Below are positions 23,799 to 34,900 of a stretch of DNA of 64,000 nucleotides, one piece after another. The notes under the pieces are model-generated. The model was not told the DNA's origin. It was given only the letters and a program-made list of their open reading frames with translations, and did no database searches. The stretch is from Lama guanicoe. Taxonomy: Eukaryota. Numbering within the stretch: position 1 is the first letter of the stretch; each line of letters begins with the position of its first letter. The stretch is taken from contig MU053754.1 of assembly GCA_013239625.1 (NCBI GenBank), forward strand, positions 865,379-929,378. The letters are read 5' to 3'. A program made the translations under genes and the position numbers.

Positions 23799-26381
23799 AT
23801 AAGCTTCGTTCAGGGATGAGCTAGAGGGCTGGTGGGCGTGCGCTCAGTGTTAGTGTGTCAGCAGTATCGCTCCAGTACGGATCTTCCTGTGGAAATGTGT
23901 GAAACGAGGTTACGCACTGATCCAGGGATTCAGTGTCGGGCCCGGAGCTTGCAGGCACCTGACCCTGTGTTTCCTCCAGGGGCAATGGACCAGTGTACCC
24001 TAATTCAGTGAGTGTGGTGCTTTATAGAACAGTAACACCAGAAGGGAGGAGGGTTGGCTCTGTGTATGCATGCAGCCACGTTACACGGGTGTCACGAGAA
24101 CGAAATAGCCTCACCCAGAAAAGGGAGGGCACTGTGCGGCCCAGCCTAACTCTACCTCACAGCCATAAACACCAGCTCTGGAAAACCATCTGCTGTCTTG
24201 GTGACCACGCCTACCTGTAGCTTGATTCTCCCACCAGCTGACAAGTCCCTGGAGTAGTGACCGTTATCTAGATAATTTTGGACTGCTGACAGCTAAACAA
24301 TAGAAAGGAGATTGAAAATATTCTCCTGGATACTGTAGTACCAAAGATTTCACATAGATGCAGACTTGTTGTGTAGAAAAGGCCCTTTAAAAGATACTGC
24401 AAGTGCCAAATGCGACCAAAGTGAGATTAGTGTTGTGTTTTAAATATTAATGCAAAGTTCCAAATAAAATCTTGGCTCATAGAAACTTGTTTCCCTTTTC
24501 CCAGTGTTCCCTTTGTACGATAAATTACCTGGCCAAGAGCCAGAGTGACGTTTTGAAAATATAAACTGAGGGGGTAGAGACGGATGAACAGGTGGAGCAC
24601 AGAAGAGTTTTAGGGCCGTGCAGTGATTCTGGATGACACTCTAATGCTGGATACATGGCATGATACCTTTGTCCAAACCCACAGGCTGTTCAGCACGAAG
24701 CGTGAGCCCTGATGTTAAGTGTGGTCTGTGGGTGATCATGATGTGTCAGCACAGGGTCTTCACCTGTCACAAAAGTACCATCTGGTGGGGGATGTTGATA
24801 CGGGAGTGAGGGTATGTGCATGGTGGGGACAAGGGTATATGGGAACCCCATATCCCTTCCTCTCAATGTTGCTGTGAGTCTAAAACTGCTATCTAAATAC
24901 CTAAATAATTTAAAGTCAAGTCTAATATATGTTACATATATGCATACATACACATAGTAGGTCAAGCTGCTCTCTTGTTTCTAAATCTTGCATTATCCCT
25001 AAAGGAAGGTCTATATTCCTTCACATAACCTGGCCCAAAGCTGATCAGATCTCATCTCCTGTCACTGTCCTTCTATTATTAGCAGATACAGGTACAGGTA
25101 CTCTGAGATGCGAAGCTTAAATAGCTATTTTTTAAAAGAATATAAAACGACAAAATCTGAAGTTCACTGCAGGGTCTTAGAATAGAAGGAGCCTTCCAAA
25201 GACTCATTAGTTTTATGGTAAATTCAGTATCAGTCATTAAGCCACTGCCAAACTGTCATTCTTTTAAGGCCTTGGGTGCCACATCTAACGTATTTCACAC
25301 ACACCCCAACTCCTAAGTCAGTCCGTGTGCCGTTGTGTTGTTTGTTTCATCTTTGCACGCTCTGGAATTGCATTGTGTTATGTTACATTATGTTGTGACA
25401 TTGTTAACCTTGCGATACATAGGTTGGTTTGGAGCAAATACAGATTGAATGAATGAATGAACGAATGAATACAGGAGTAAACTTACCTGTACTTAAAGAG
25501 CACTTCATGCAGCGTTATATCCCGGAAGTCTAAAGGTTGGGTCGTGTTCACCTTAGTAAACATGTTGATGGGGATGGTCACAGTGACAAAGCAATGAGAT
25601 TCTCTCACTAGTGCACAAAAGCAGACTGTCTGAAAAGACAGTCTTTTTAACAGAATTCCTTGGTGAAATCAGAAGTGCTTACTGCTTTCTTAATCTGAGA
25701 TTTGACAACACTCATCCCAGCCTCAGCTAGGCACAGAGACAACAGAAGCCTTCGTAGGCACAGTCAGAACAAAGAGAAGTGTTCTGTCATCCCCAGAATG
25801 TTTAAACAACTCACGAAAGTGCTAGCCACTAAAACCTTACGGGAAACTTTGAAAGGATTCAGATAATTCACTTATGAAAGATACTTGTATAAAAAAGTTT
25901 CTATACCCAAATAACACTCAGGAAAAAAGTATGTAAGAAATAGGACATTCATACTTGCAAACAAAATAATTACATTCCCAGGAGTAAACGTAGCAAGTAC
26001 TATGAATGAGAAATATGAAGGAAGCCATAAAGATACGAAAATTAAAGTGCTTCAGAACTCGGAGGCATAAATTGTCACCGAGACGGCACAATATTGTGGA
26101 AATGTTGATAGTCCCTGAATTAATTTCTAAAAATTCAAATCAACTGCAGCCAGATCCCCTTTGTTGACTTTAAAGTTTCATCTGGAGTGAAAGAAAAGCC
26201 AGAAAAATACTGAAGAGAGAAATTATGGGGCATTGGAACATACGGACCTATAAAATTAAAGCAATAATAAACACATCCTGGAAACAGACACATGAGAAAA
26301 GCAAGGAGATGGTAACAGACAGCTGGAAGCAGTAGCTCATAAAGCCGGCATTCCAGATCTGTCATGAAAAAATGGATTGCT
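23799..26381 (+). repeat. Segmental repeat, copy 3 (lacks the 111 bp seen at 22621-22731)
   Basis: CTTTTAA|GGCCTTGGG at 25267/25268, compared with copy 2. Confidence 0.95.
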
Positions 26382-27153
26382 NNNNNNNNNNNNNNNNNNN
26401 NNNNNNNNNNNNNNNNNNNNNNNNNNNNNNNNNNNNNNNNNNNNNNNNNNNNNNNNNNNNNNNNNNNNNNNNNNNNNNNNNNNNNNNNNNNNNNNNNNNN
26501 NNNNNNNNNNNNNNNNNNNNNNNNNNNNNNNNNNNNNNNNNNNNNNNNNNNNNNNNNNNNNNNNNNNNNNNNNNNNNNNNNNNNNNNNNNNNNNNNNNNN
26601 NNNNNNNNNNNNNNNNNNNNNNNNNNNNNNNNNNNNNNNNNNNNNNNNNNNNNNNNNNNNNNNNNNNNNNNNNNNNNNNNNNNNNNNNNNNNNNNNNNNN
26701 NNNNNNNNNNNNNNNNNNNNNNNNNNNNNNNNNNNNNNNNNNNNNNNNNNNNNNNNNNNNNNNNNNNNNNNNNNNNNNNNNNNNNNNNNNNNNNNNNNNN
26801 NNNNNNNNNNNNNNNNNNNNNNNNNNNNNNNNNNNNNNNNNNNNNNNNNNNNNNNNNNNNNNNNNNNNNNNNNNNNNNNNNNNNNNNNNNNNNNNNNNNN
26901 NNNNNNNNNNNNNNNNNNNNNNNNNNNNNNNNNNNNNNNNNNNNNNNNNNNNNNNNNNNNNNNNNNNNNNNNNNNNNNNNNNNNNNNNNNNNNNNNNNNN
27001 NNNNNNNNNNNNNNNNNNNNNNNNNNNNNNNNNNNNNNNNNNNNNNNNNNNNNNNNNNNNNNNNNNNNNNNNNNNNNNNNNNNNNNNNNNNNNNNNNNNN
27101 NNNNNNNNNNNNNNNNNNNNNNNNNNNNNNNNNNNNNNNNNNNNNNNNNNNNN
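26382..27153. other. Assembly gap (N run)
   Basis: N bases. Confidence 1.
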
Positions 27154-27855
27154 TCTTTCACCTCCTTGGTTAGATTTATTCCCAGATATTTTATTACTTT
27201 GGGTGCTATTTTAAAGGGGATTGTTTCTTTACTTTCTTTTTCTGTTGATTTATTGTTAGTGTAAAGAAATGCAACTGATTTTGAACATTAATTTTGTAAC
27301 CTGCTACCTTGCTGAATTCTTCAATCAGCTCTAGTAGCTTTTGTGTGGACCTTTTAGGGTTTTCTATATATAAGTAACATGTCATCAGCTTATAATGACA
27401 CTTTTACCTCTTCTTTTCCACGTTGGATCCCTTTTATTTCTTTCTCTTGCCTGACTGCTGTGGCTAGGACTTCCAGGACTATGTTGAATAGGAGTGGTGA
27501 TAGTGGGCATCCTTGTCTTGTCCCAGATTTTAGTGGGAAGCTTTTGAGTTTTTCACCGTTGAGTACTATGCTGGCTGTAGGTTTGTCATATATAGCTTTG
27601 ATTATGTTGAGATATGTTCCCTCTATACCCACTTTGGCGAGAGTTTTTATCATAAATGGATGTTGAATTTTAAATGCTTTTTCTGCATCAGTTGAGACGA
27701 TCATGTGGTTTTTGTCCTTTCTCTTGTTGATGTGATGTATTACATTGATTGATTTGCGTATGTTGAACCAGCCTTGTGTCCCTGGGATGAACCCCACTTG
27801 ATGTATAATCATGATGTATAATCTTTTTTATGTGTTGTTGGATTCTATTTGCTAA
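27154..27855 (-). mobile_element. LINE-1 ORF2 fragment (reverse transcriptase domain), disrupted
   Basis: Translation gives [16 protein letters not shown] / [63 protein letters not shown], which is L1 ORF2p. It carries a frameshifting micro-duplication (TGATGTATAATC x2, ~27799-27823) and lacks the D of AFDK. Confidence 0.97.
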
Positions 27856-27863
27856 AACATCAT

Positions 27864-28176
27864 TTTTTTTGTATATATATTTTTTTAATTGAAGCATAGT
27901 CAGTTTACAATGTTGTATCAGTTTCTGGTGTGCAGCATAATGCTTCAGTCATGCATATACATATATATTTGTTTTCATATTCTTTCTCATTATTGGTTAC
28001 TACAAGATACTGAATATAGTTCCCTGTGCTATACAGTAGAAACTTGTTGTTTATCTGATTGTATATATAGTAGTTACTATCTGCAAATCTCGAACTCCCA
28101 ATTTGTCTCTTCCCATCACCTTCCCCACTGGTAACCATAAGTTTGTTTTCCGTGTATGTGAATCCTATCCTGTTTT
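27864..28176 (-). mobile_element. L1 3' UTR end, truncated
   Basis: TTGAAGCATAGTCAGTTTACAATGTTG..GAATATAGTTCCCTGTGCTATACAGTAG..GGTAACCATAAGTTTGTTTTC. Confidence 0.9.
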
Positions 28177-28867
28177 AAGAGCTAAAAAATGGACACCACT
28201 GTACAATTTGATGGTATTAGAAATTTACGAATATATTCAAATTTATGTATAATCACTGTATGTTCATTTTTAAAGTGTATATACTTCTTGCTAGTGTGAT
28301 GTACTTCTGATGAGCTAATTTGTGAAAATATTTGGAAAAGTGCACAAAGATCTGGAAACTAGGAATAAATGTACAGATACACAAGTTCGATTATTTATTT
28401 TTATATAGCAAGAAGTGAACATCTGTTGTACATAGCCGAGAATTATTAAATGACTTGTCTGACATTTAGCTGGTGGATAGCATCCAGCCTGCAGGGTGAC
28501 ACTGTGAAAGTGAAAGTTGCTGTGAAAAGGTGTCCATAGTGTCTTGTTAGGTACACGTGTAGTAAGATCCAGTGTTGGCAGACATACCCAGCCAGTATGC
28601 TCTGTGGCTCTCTCTGAGGGGCAGAATCATGAGGGACTCTTGACGGAGTGTCTAGTTTAAAAATTTTCAAACTTATCTCTATATACAAATCCATTACTTT
28701 GAGAACAAGGAAAATAAGTAATAATATGCACCATTCAAGCCAAAGTAGCTAAATCATGAGAAAATAATCTGTTCCAGAAATATCACTGGGGAGGCAAGAT
28801 TTGTGTGAGCAAAATAGGCAGCTAATACTTAGAATAAGTGTTTTTTTCCCCCAAAAATGGAAAGCAA

Positions 28868-29625
28868 CTTTATTTATTCATTATATTTTAATTGATGTTG
28901 AGTCAGTTTACAGTGTTGTGTTAATTTCTGGTGTGCAGCATAGTGATTCTGTTATACACATATACACACATGTATCTTCCTTTTCATATTCTTTTTCATT
29001 ATAGGCTATTACAGGATATTATTCAATAATATGTTCCCTGTGCCATACCATAGGAGCTTGTTGTTCATCTGTCTTACAGATACTAGTTAATAGTACTAAT
29101 CCTGAACTCCCAATTTATCCCTCTACCCCCTGGTAACCATAAGTTTGTTTTCTATGTCTGTGAGTCTGTTTCCGTTTGGTAAATAAGTTCATTTGAGTCA
29201 TTTTTTAGATTCCACATATACGTGATATCATACGATATTTTTCTTTCTCTGTCTGACTTACTTCACTTAGTATGACAATCTCTAGGTCCATCCATGTCAC
29301 TGCAAATGGCATTTTATTATTTTTTATGTCTGAGTAGTGTTCCGTTTTGTGTGTGTGTGTGTGTGTGTGTGTAGTGTGGAGAAAAGGGAACTCCTACACT
29401 GTTGTTGAGAATGTAATTTGGTGCAGCCATTATGGAAAACTGTATGTAGATTCCTTAAAAAACTAAAAATAGAGTTACCCTATGATCCAGCAATCCCATA
29501 CCTGGGCATTATCTGGAGGAAACTCGAATTTGAAAAGATACATGTGCCCCAGTGTTCATAGCAAAACTGTTTCCAATAGGAAGACATGGAAGCAACCTAA
29601 ATATCCATCAACAGGTGGTCGGATA
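28868..29625 (-). mobile_element. L1 3' end with inverted 5' segment (twin-priming structure)
   Basis: 28868-29347 is an antisense 3' end, followed by a (TG)n junction. 29373-29625 is sense ORF2 C-terminal sequence (GTGTGGAGAAAAGGGAAC..TATGATCCAGCAATCCCA..CCATCAACAG). Confidence 0.85.
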
Positions 29626-32394
29626 TAGGGTAAATGTTTTAACTTGAGGACAGAGAGCAAGAAACACAGGCTCTTCTAGTTGAAATATAAGAGATGCCTC
29701 CTTCGTAGACAGAGTCAACCTCAGTTTGCTAGCATCTTGCAACTCTGTTTCTCCCTATATGTTGAGGTGACTGTGCTGCATACCTGGAGAATAAAATAAT
29801 AAGTGGCCGCCAACAAATCCTTCTTTTCTGTTCAAGTCAAAAAGAGGAGTGGTTTATACCCAGTAAGCCCAAATTAAGTGCTTTATGGGATAAAGAGGTT
29901 GAAATCTGTTTTCCCCTGAATAAATGCTGCTTTATATTCATATTATTGCCATAAAAACATAATGGCGTGGTGTGGGGCAAGTCTTTGAGAATTGTCATAA
30001 TTTTTCTACCATTTTGGAAACAAATCTCTAAGACTTGGCCTGTAACTTGAAGATTGGGCCATGGTAAGACTCGTAGGGTCTTCCTGGGCCAGGGTCAGGT
30101 TGACTTTGCAAACTTTCCAATCTGGAAGAAATCGAGCAGGTCTCTCCAAAAGCTTGAGGTGTGAATGGTGGAGACAGATGGTGAGTGAACATTTCATTAG
30201 GTGTCTGAGTTTCCTAAGCACTGGAGGTTCCGTTTTTCCTGGATTCCCATGAAGCTTCTTAACACATTTAAATACCTTTGTGTGAGCGTGTGTGTGTGTG
30301 TGTGAGCTGGATTGATGGAGTTTCCATTCCTCACAATTAAGAGTTCCCACCACATATTTCCACGTGTTTCCAGCACGACAGGAACAGCTCCTCTCTAGGA
30401 TAGGTGGGAAACAGACGTCAGTAAATGACCTGGTCAGAAGGCAAACAATTCACTCAGCCCTGGTCACTTCTATCACATTGAGCGTCCGGTGCACGGTCGG
30501 AAGGAGCAAAGCGTCGCCTGCAAGTTGTAACGCTGCATCGGAAATGGTGGACACGTGGGAGGTGGGTAAGGATGTAGGTTTCATGGTTTGCAACTCAATC
30601 GCACATTTAATCTGCTTCGTGATTGGTAGCGGTTGAGAGTTTTTTGAAGAAATGATGGATTCCACCCAAAGTGTTTAGTCAGGGAAATTATGCAGCACAT
30701 TCAGAACAAGCCGAATGATTGAAAGTCAGTGCCAGTAACTCCACGTTGACTTGTTTTATTGTTTTCCTGAAGGATGGTATATGAGAAAGCTTGGAGTGGA
30801 CAAGCTTTCTGGCACAACAAATCACCCCTCTGAATTGATTGGCTTGGAGTTTTCTGTTGTTAAAATAAATTGGAAAAATGGAAAGGCTTTTGGATTGTTT
30901 TTCCTAGTTAACTCAGTTCAGCTTGGATCAATCAACCAGGCCCTGAAACTGTATTGAATGCTGTTGTAGGCCTCAGACTTCTGTGGGTGGCTCCACGCCT
31001 CTGTGCTGTGTCCAGACAGACAGCCGGGACTGTGAAGCTCTGCTTTGCAGGGAAAGCAAGAGGCAGAGTTATGAGCAGTGACTTCTGTAATCACAGAAAC
31101 ATACATTTTCTTGTTTTTCCATGTTGCTTCCCAGTAGCAGAGGAACTACGGGAGGGACCGCAGAAATGCCAGATGACATTAAAAAAATTTCTTTGCGTAG
31201 AAAATACTTCTTCTTGATTCATATTACAGGGTGACAGCAAGTCTTTTTTTTTTTTTTAGATTAGTGCAAGTTGAAGACAAATAGTAAAGCATTTTGCAAA
31301 CTGTGTCATGCAGCAGTGAGCAATCGCTAATGTACTCATGCATTTGAGATTCAAGTATTCATTTCATTGCTTCCATATCTTTTGATGACACTTATTTTTA
31401 AAAATCTACCCCCAACAATATGTATTTCTGATAATGCTGCCAGTGTTAGTTTAGAAGGGTGGGAAACGGTGGTTAACTAGTAGTTTTGTTTATCTGAGAA
31501 TAGTTTGGCTGCTGCTTTCTCATCAGGTGACAGATGTGTATTACTGGATTTCTTTAATGCTGTGAATTGATGATTATCCATTAGTTAGGACACTAAGCAG
31601 ACCTTCCTTCTCACTATAACTCTGTGTCTCCATCTGAGATTCTGAGAACTATATTTTGATAAGTCTTTAAATTTTTTCCAATCATTCTCTAAATTCAAAT
31701 GATTATATTCCAGGTAGAGTATAAATATTTTAAAATTCAACACGTTCCCTGCCCTTTACAGTGACATGACCATAAGGGACATGCAAGGTACATTCTGAGT
31801 TTTATTCTGATCCATGTAATTATACAGAAGATTTTACAGATTCGTAGGAAAAAGGCAAGCCCAGCGGGGAAAAAAAGCCAGAAATGTAATAGACCGTTTC
31901 AGAATTATAAATTGCATATGAAATGCTCACTGAAGAAATGCTTCAACTGAAAAAAAAAAGAATTAAAAAGACATTAACAGAGAAGATAACATTTTAATCT
32001 ATCAGTTTGAAAAAAACAGCCAAGAAAGCTAACATGCAGTAGTGGAAAGAGGAGCATGTTTCTACACACTGTTAGTGGCGATGCAAAATGACAAGGCCTT
32101 TGTGGAGGTCGTAGGGAGAACACCTGTTGTGAATTTGCGTACCTGGCATGAACACTTCCGTTACAATTCTCAGAAATTTTACCACAATCACACGAGACAA
32201 ATACACAAAAAATTCTTTTCAGTGTTATTTTGCAGAGATGTCACAAACTTCCCATAGTCCAACATTATAGCACTGGTTTAAAAAAATCACACGTCAGCAC
32301 GTAGAGCTGCTAAGAACTGCTACGGATGTGTGTCCATTGCTTACAGAAAGTTCTGTGTTACGCGGTTTTAAATTTTAAAACACGTAGGACTGTT

Positions 32395-32523
32395 GGGGAG
32401 GGTATAGCTCAGTGGTAGAGTGCGTGCTTAGCAGGCACGAGGTCCTGGGTTTAAGCCTCAGTTTAATAAATAAATAAGCAAGCCAAATTACCTCCCCCAC
32501 CAAAAATTTTAAAAATAAAATAA
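32395..32523 (+). mobile_element. tRNA-derived SINE (Vic-1-like, camelid)
   Basis: GGGGAGGGTATAGCTCAGTGGTAGAG (A box)..GGTCCTGGGTT..AATTACCTCCCC plus an A-rich tail. Two homologues elsewhere in the window. Confidence 0.85.
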
Positions 32524-33746
32524 GTAGTACAATTAATTAATCTTAGTACAATAAATATTAGTACTAGAAGATACATATGTTCAGTGCAGTCATATCTGCA
32601 GCCAGTGTGTAGAAACTGTGTACTAAGCTAAGTGTGCTGTGTAATTTGGAGGGACAGAGGAATGGGGGGATATAGGTCCAAAGGCCAACTTTTTCTTTAC
32701 TCCCCATTTTTAAAATTTTTAGAATTCTTATTAATCGAACTTGTAGACTGATAAAAGAACAGAAGCAATGTGTTTTCAATGTTTTTTTTTTATAAAACAC
32801 ACAAATTGTAGAAGCCTTTTGTGTCCCTCTGCAGCTCACCTTCTTTTCTCTGCAAACATATGATAAAAACAGTCCAGTGTCACTGCATCATTGGGGAAAA
32901 ACTACACAGCATTACCTGGCAATGATCTGTGGTTTGTAAGAGGTAACGCGAATGTCACTGTGTGTGATTATACGTGTGAGTGCAAGTTGCTGTTCACTTA
33001 AATGACTCAGATAGCTTTTGCTTAGTTATGTAAAACCGGAGACTGTTTCCCCTCAAAATATTTTGAAGAAGCATCTGAGGCCCATGATTTTGAGAATCAG
33101 AACCAGGGTCCTCATGAATGTTATCAATTTTAGCATCACACTGAGTGTATTAGACAAGTGTCAGGCGTCAGTGTTCCCTAAGTTTTCTCATTTTTGTCCC
33201 TTCCTTTGCCACAGTAAAGAGTGGGCCACCGTGCTTCCCTGTCTGTGGTCTGAGCTCATGTGGCTGCATCTGTCTGGTGGGACTCGGGCGGACAGGGGGT
33301 AGGTCGAGAGTCTCATTCATGCGGTGGTGCCAGGCGCACAGTGTAGTTCCGTGTCCAGGACGTTGCCTGGGTCGACCCTATTCTACAAGCAGACCTTTTG
33401 TACGTGTATGTGACGGATCAGCCCATGGGGTGAAATGGACTAGCTCCACCTGGCTTATCACTGATGTTCACATAACTTTCCAAAACCTAATAAGATGGTT
33501 TCCACTGCTGCTTCTGGGTGGCTTCTCCGTTCTTGTGCTGGCTTGTTAAGCAACATTCTTATTTCTCCTTTAAAAAGTAAATGGTAGAAATAGGTTTAGT
33601 AGAATGCTAGAGGTTGGCTGAGTGCTAGTGTACCCACTGGGATATATTATAAAATCTGAGAGTGGGTTTCAGAACAAACTCCTGGCCACGCTTAAAACCC
33701 AAGTGAATGTTGGAAAGATACACATGGTTTGGGAATACTGTTTTTA

Positions 33747-33924
33747 CTTTTATTTATTTTTATTTTTTAATTGAGATTTAGTTATTTTGTAATGTGTTAG
33801 TTTCAGATCTACAGCAAAGTGATTCAGTTGTATATATATATATATATATCTTTTAATATTCTTTTTCATTATACGTTATTACAAGACATTGAATATCGTT
33901 CCTGTGCTACAAAGTAGTTCCTTG
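33747..33924 (-). mobile_element. 5'-truncated L1 3' end with TSD
   Basis: L1 3' UTR motifs. TSD GGGAATACTGTTTTTA (33731-33746) / GGGAATGTTGTTTTTA (33925-33940). Confidence 0.85.
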
Positions 33925-34567
33925 GGGAATGTTGTTTTTAAATGAAATGAAGTTAATCTTACAATATTTTAAAATGAATACGTATTTCTTATAAGCCATT
34001 TCGAAAAAAAAAATGTAGTCAGCTAGCTGTTGGCAATCATTATGTGGTATATGGCCTTACATATTTACCAATTTGTGGCTTTATATTTGTTCTGTATTTA
34101 CCAAAATCTATTATTTTTTCATTTTATGTTATCATATCCATGTGAAAAATGTTACTAATTGCATAATATACCATCTTATTTTTTACTTTATTTTTATATT
34201 TTTCTGTTGCTGAGCATTTTTTTCTTTTTAGCTAAGCATTCATATTAACTAATACTTTGACAAAATTCTTAATGTTTGATATTTGTTAATAGTTGATACT
34301 GTTACAACTTTGTAATATCCTTACAATAAACTTCCAAATGTGAAATTCTCAAAGAAAGCACATACTCATATTTTAGGCCTGACACATTATGCCAAAAAGC
34401 TTACCGGGTTGCAGTTTATAGCCACTGCACACACTCAGACAGAAGACGGTCTTAACTTCTCAGATGTTTGGCCATTTTAATCAGCTGAGAGCTTGGTTTT
34501 TGTTTTTCGCAATGTGTGTTACTTTCAGTAGTGAGTTGAATACTTTCCTATTCACTTTTCAAGCCAC

Positions 34568-34900
34568 TGTACTGAGGTATGATTGACGTGTAAAAGCTGT
34601 GCTTAGTTAATGTACACAGCTCCGTGAGTCTGGGGGTATGCGTACACCTTTGGAATCATCCGGCCATCAAGGTCATGGATACACCCATCACCTGCCAAAG
34701 TTTCCTCCCCTCCTCTTTGTTATTATTTGTGTGTGTGTGTTAAGGATACTTAACATAAGATCTACCTCTTGGCAGATTGTAATTGTACAATACAGTCCTG
34801 TTTGCTGTGGATACTGTGCTGTATAGTAAATCTCCAGAACTGACTCATCTTGCAGAACCGAAACTTGGTATCCTCTGAGCATCACTTCCCGTGTCCCCCT
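34568..34900 (-). mobile_element. L1MA-like 3' end
   Basis: GAGGTATGATTGAC..TAAGGATACTTAACATAAGATCTACCTCTT..TCTCCAGAACT..CTTGCAGAACCGAAACTT. Confidence 0.75.

Noticed and set aside
25623..25648. AGACTGTCT-GAAA-AGACAGTCT + T-run resembling an intrinsic terminator
   Set aside because: The 9-bp GNRA hairpin is real, but bacterial terminators are irrelevant here and one such stem in 64 kb is plausible by chance.
20540..27264. Long 179-295 aa ORFs
   Set aside because: They are artefacts of translating through N gaps (poly-X).
32395..32470. tRNA genes at 32395, 55791 and 61179
   Set aside because: The tRNA-like heads lack a closing acceptor stem and continue into a shared SINE body, A tail and TSDs.
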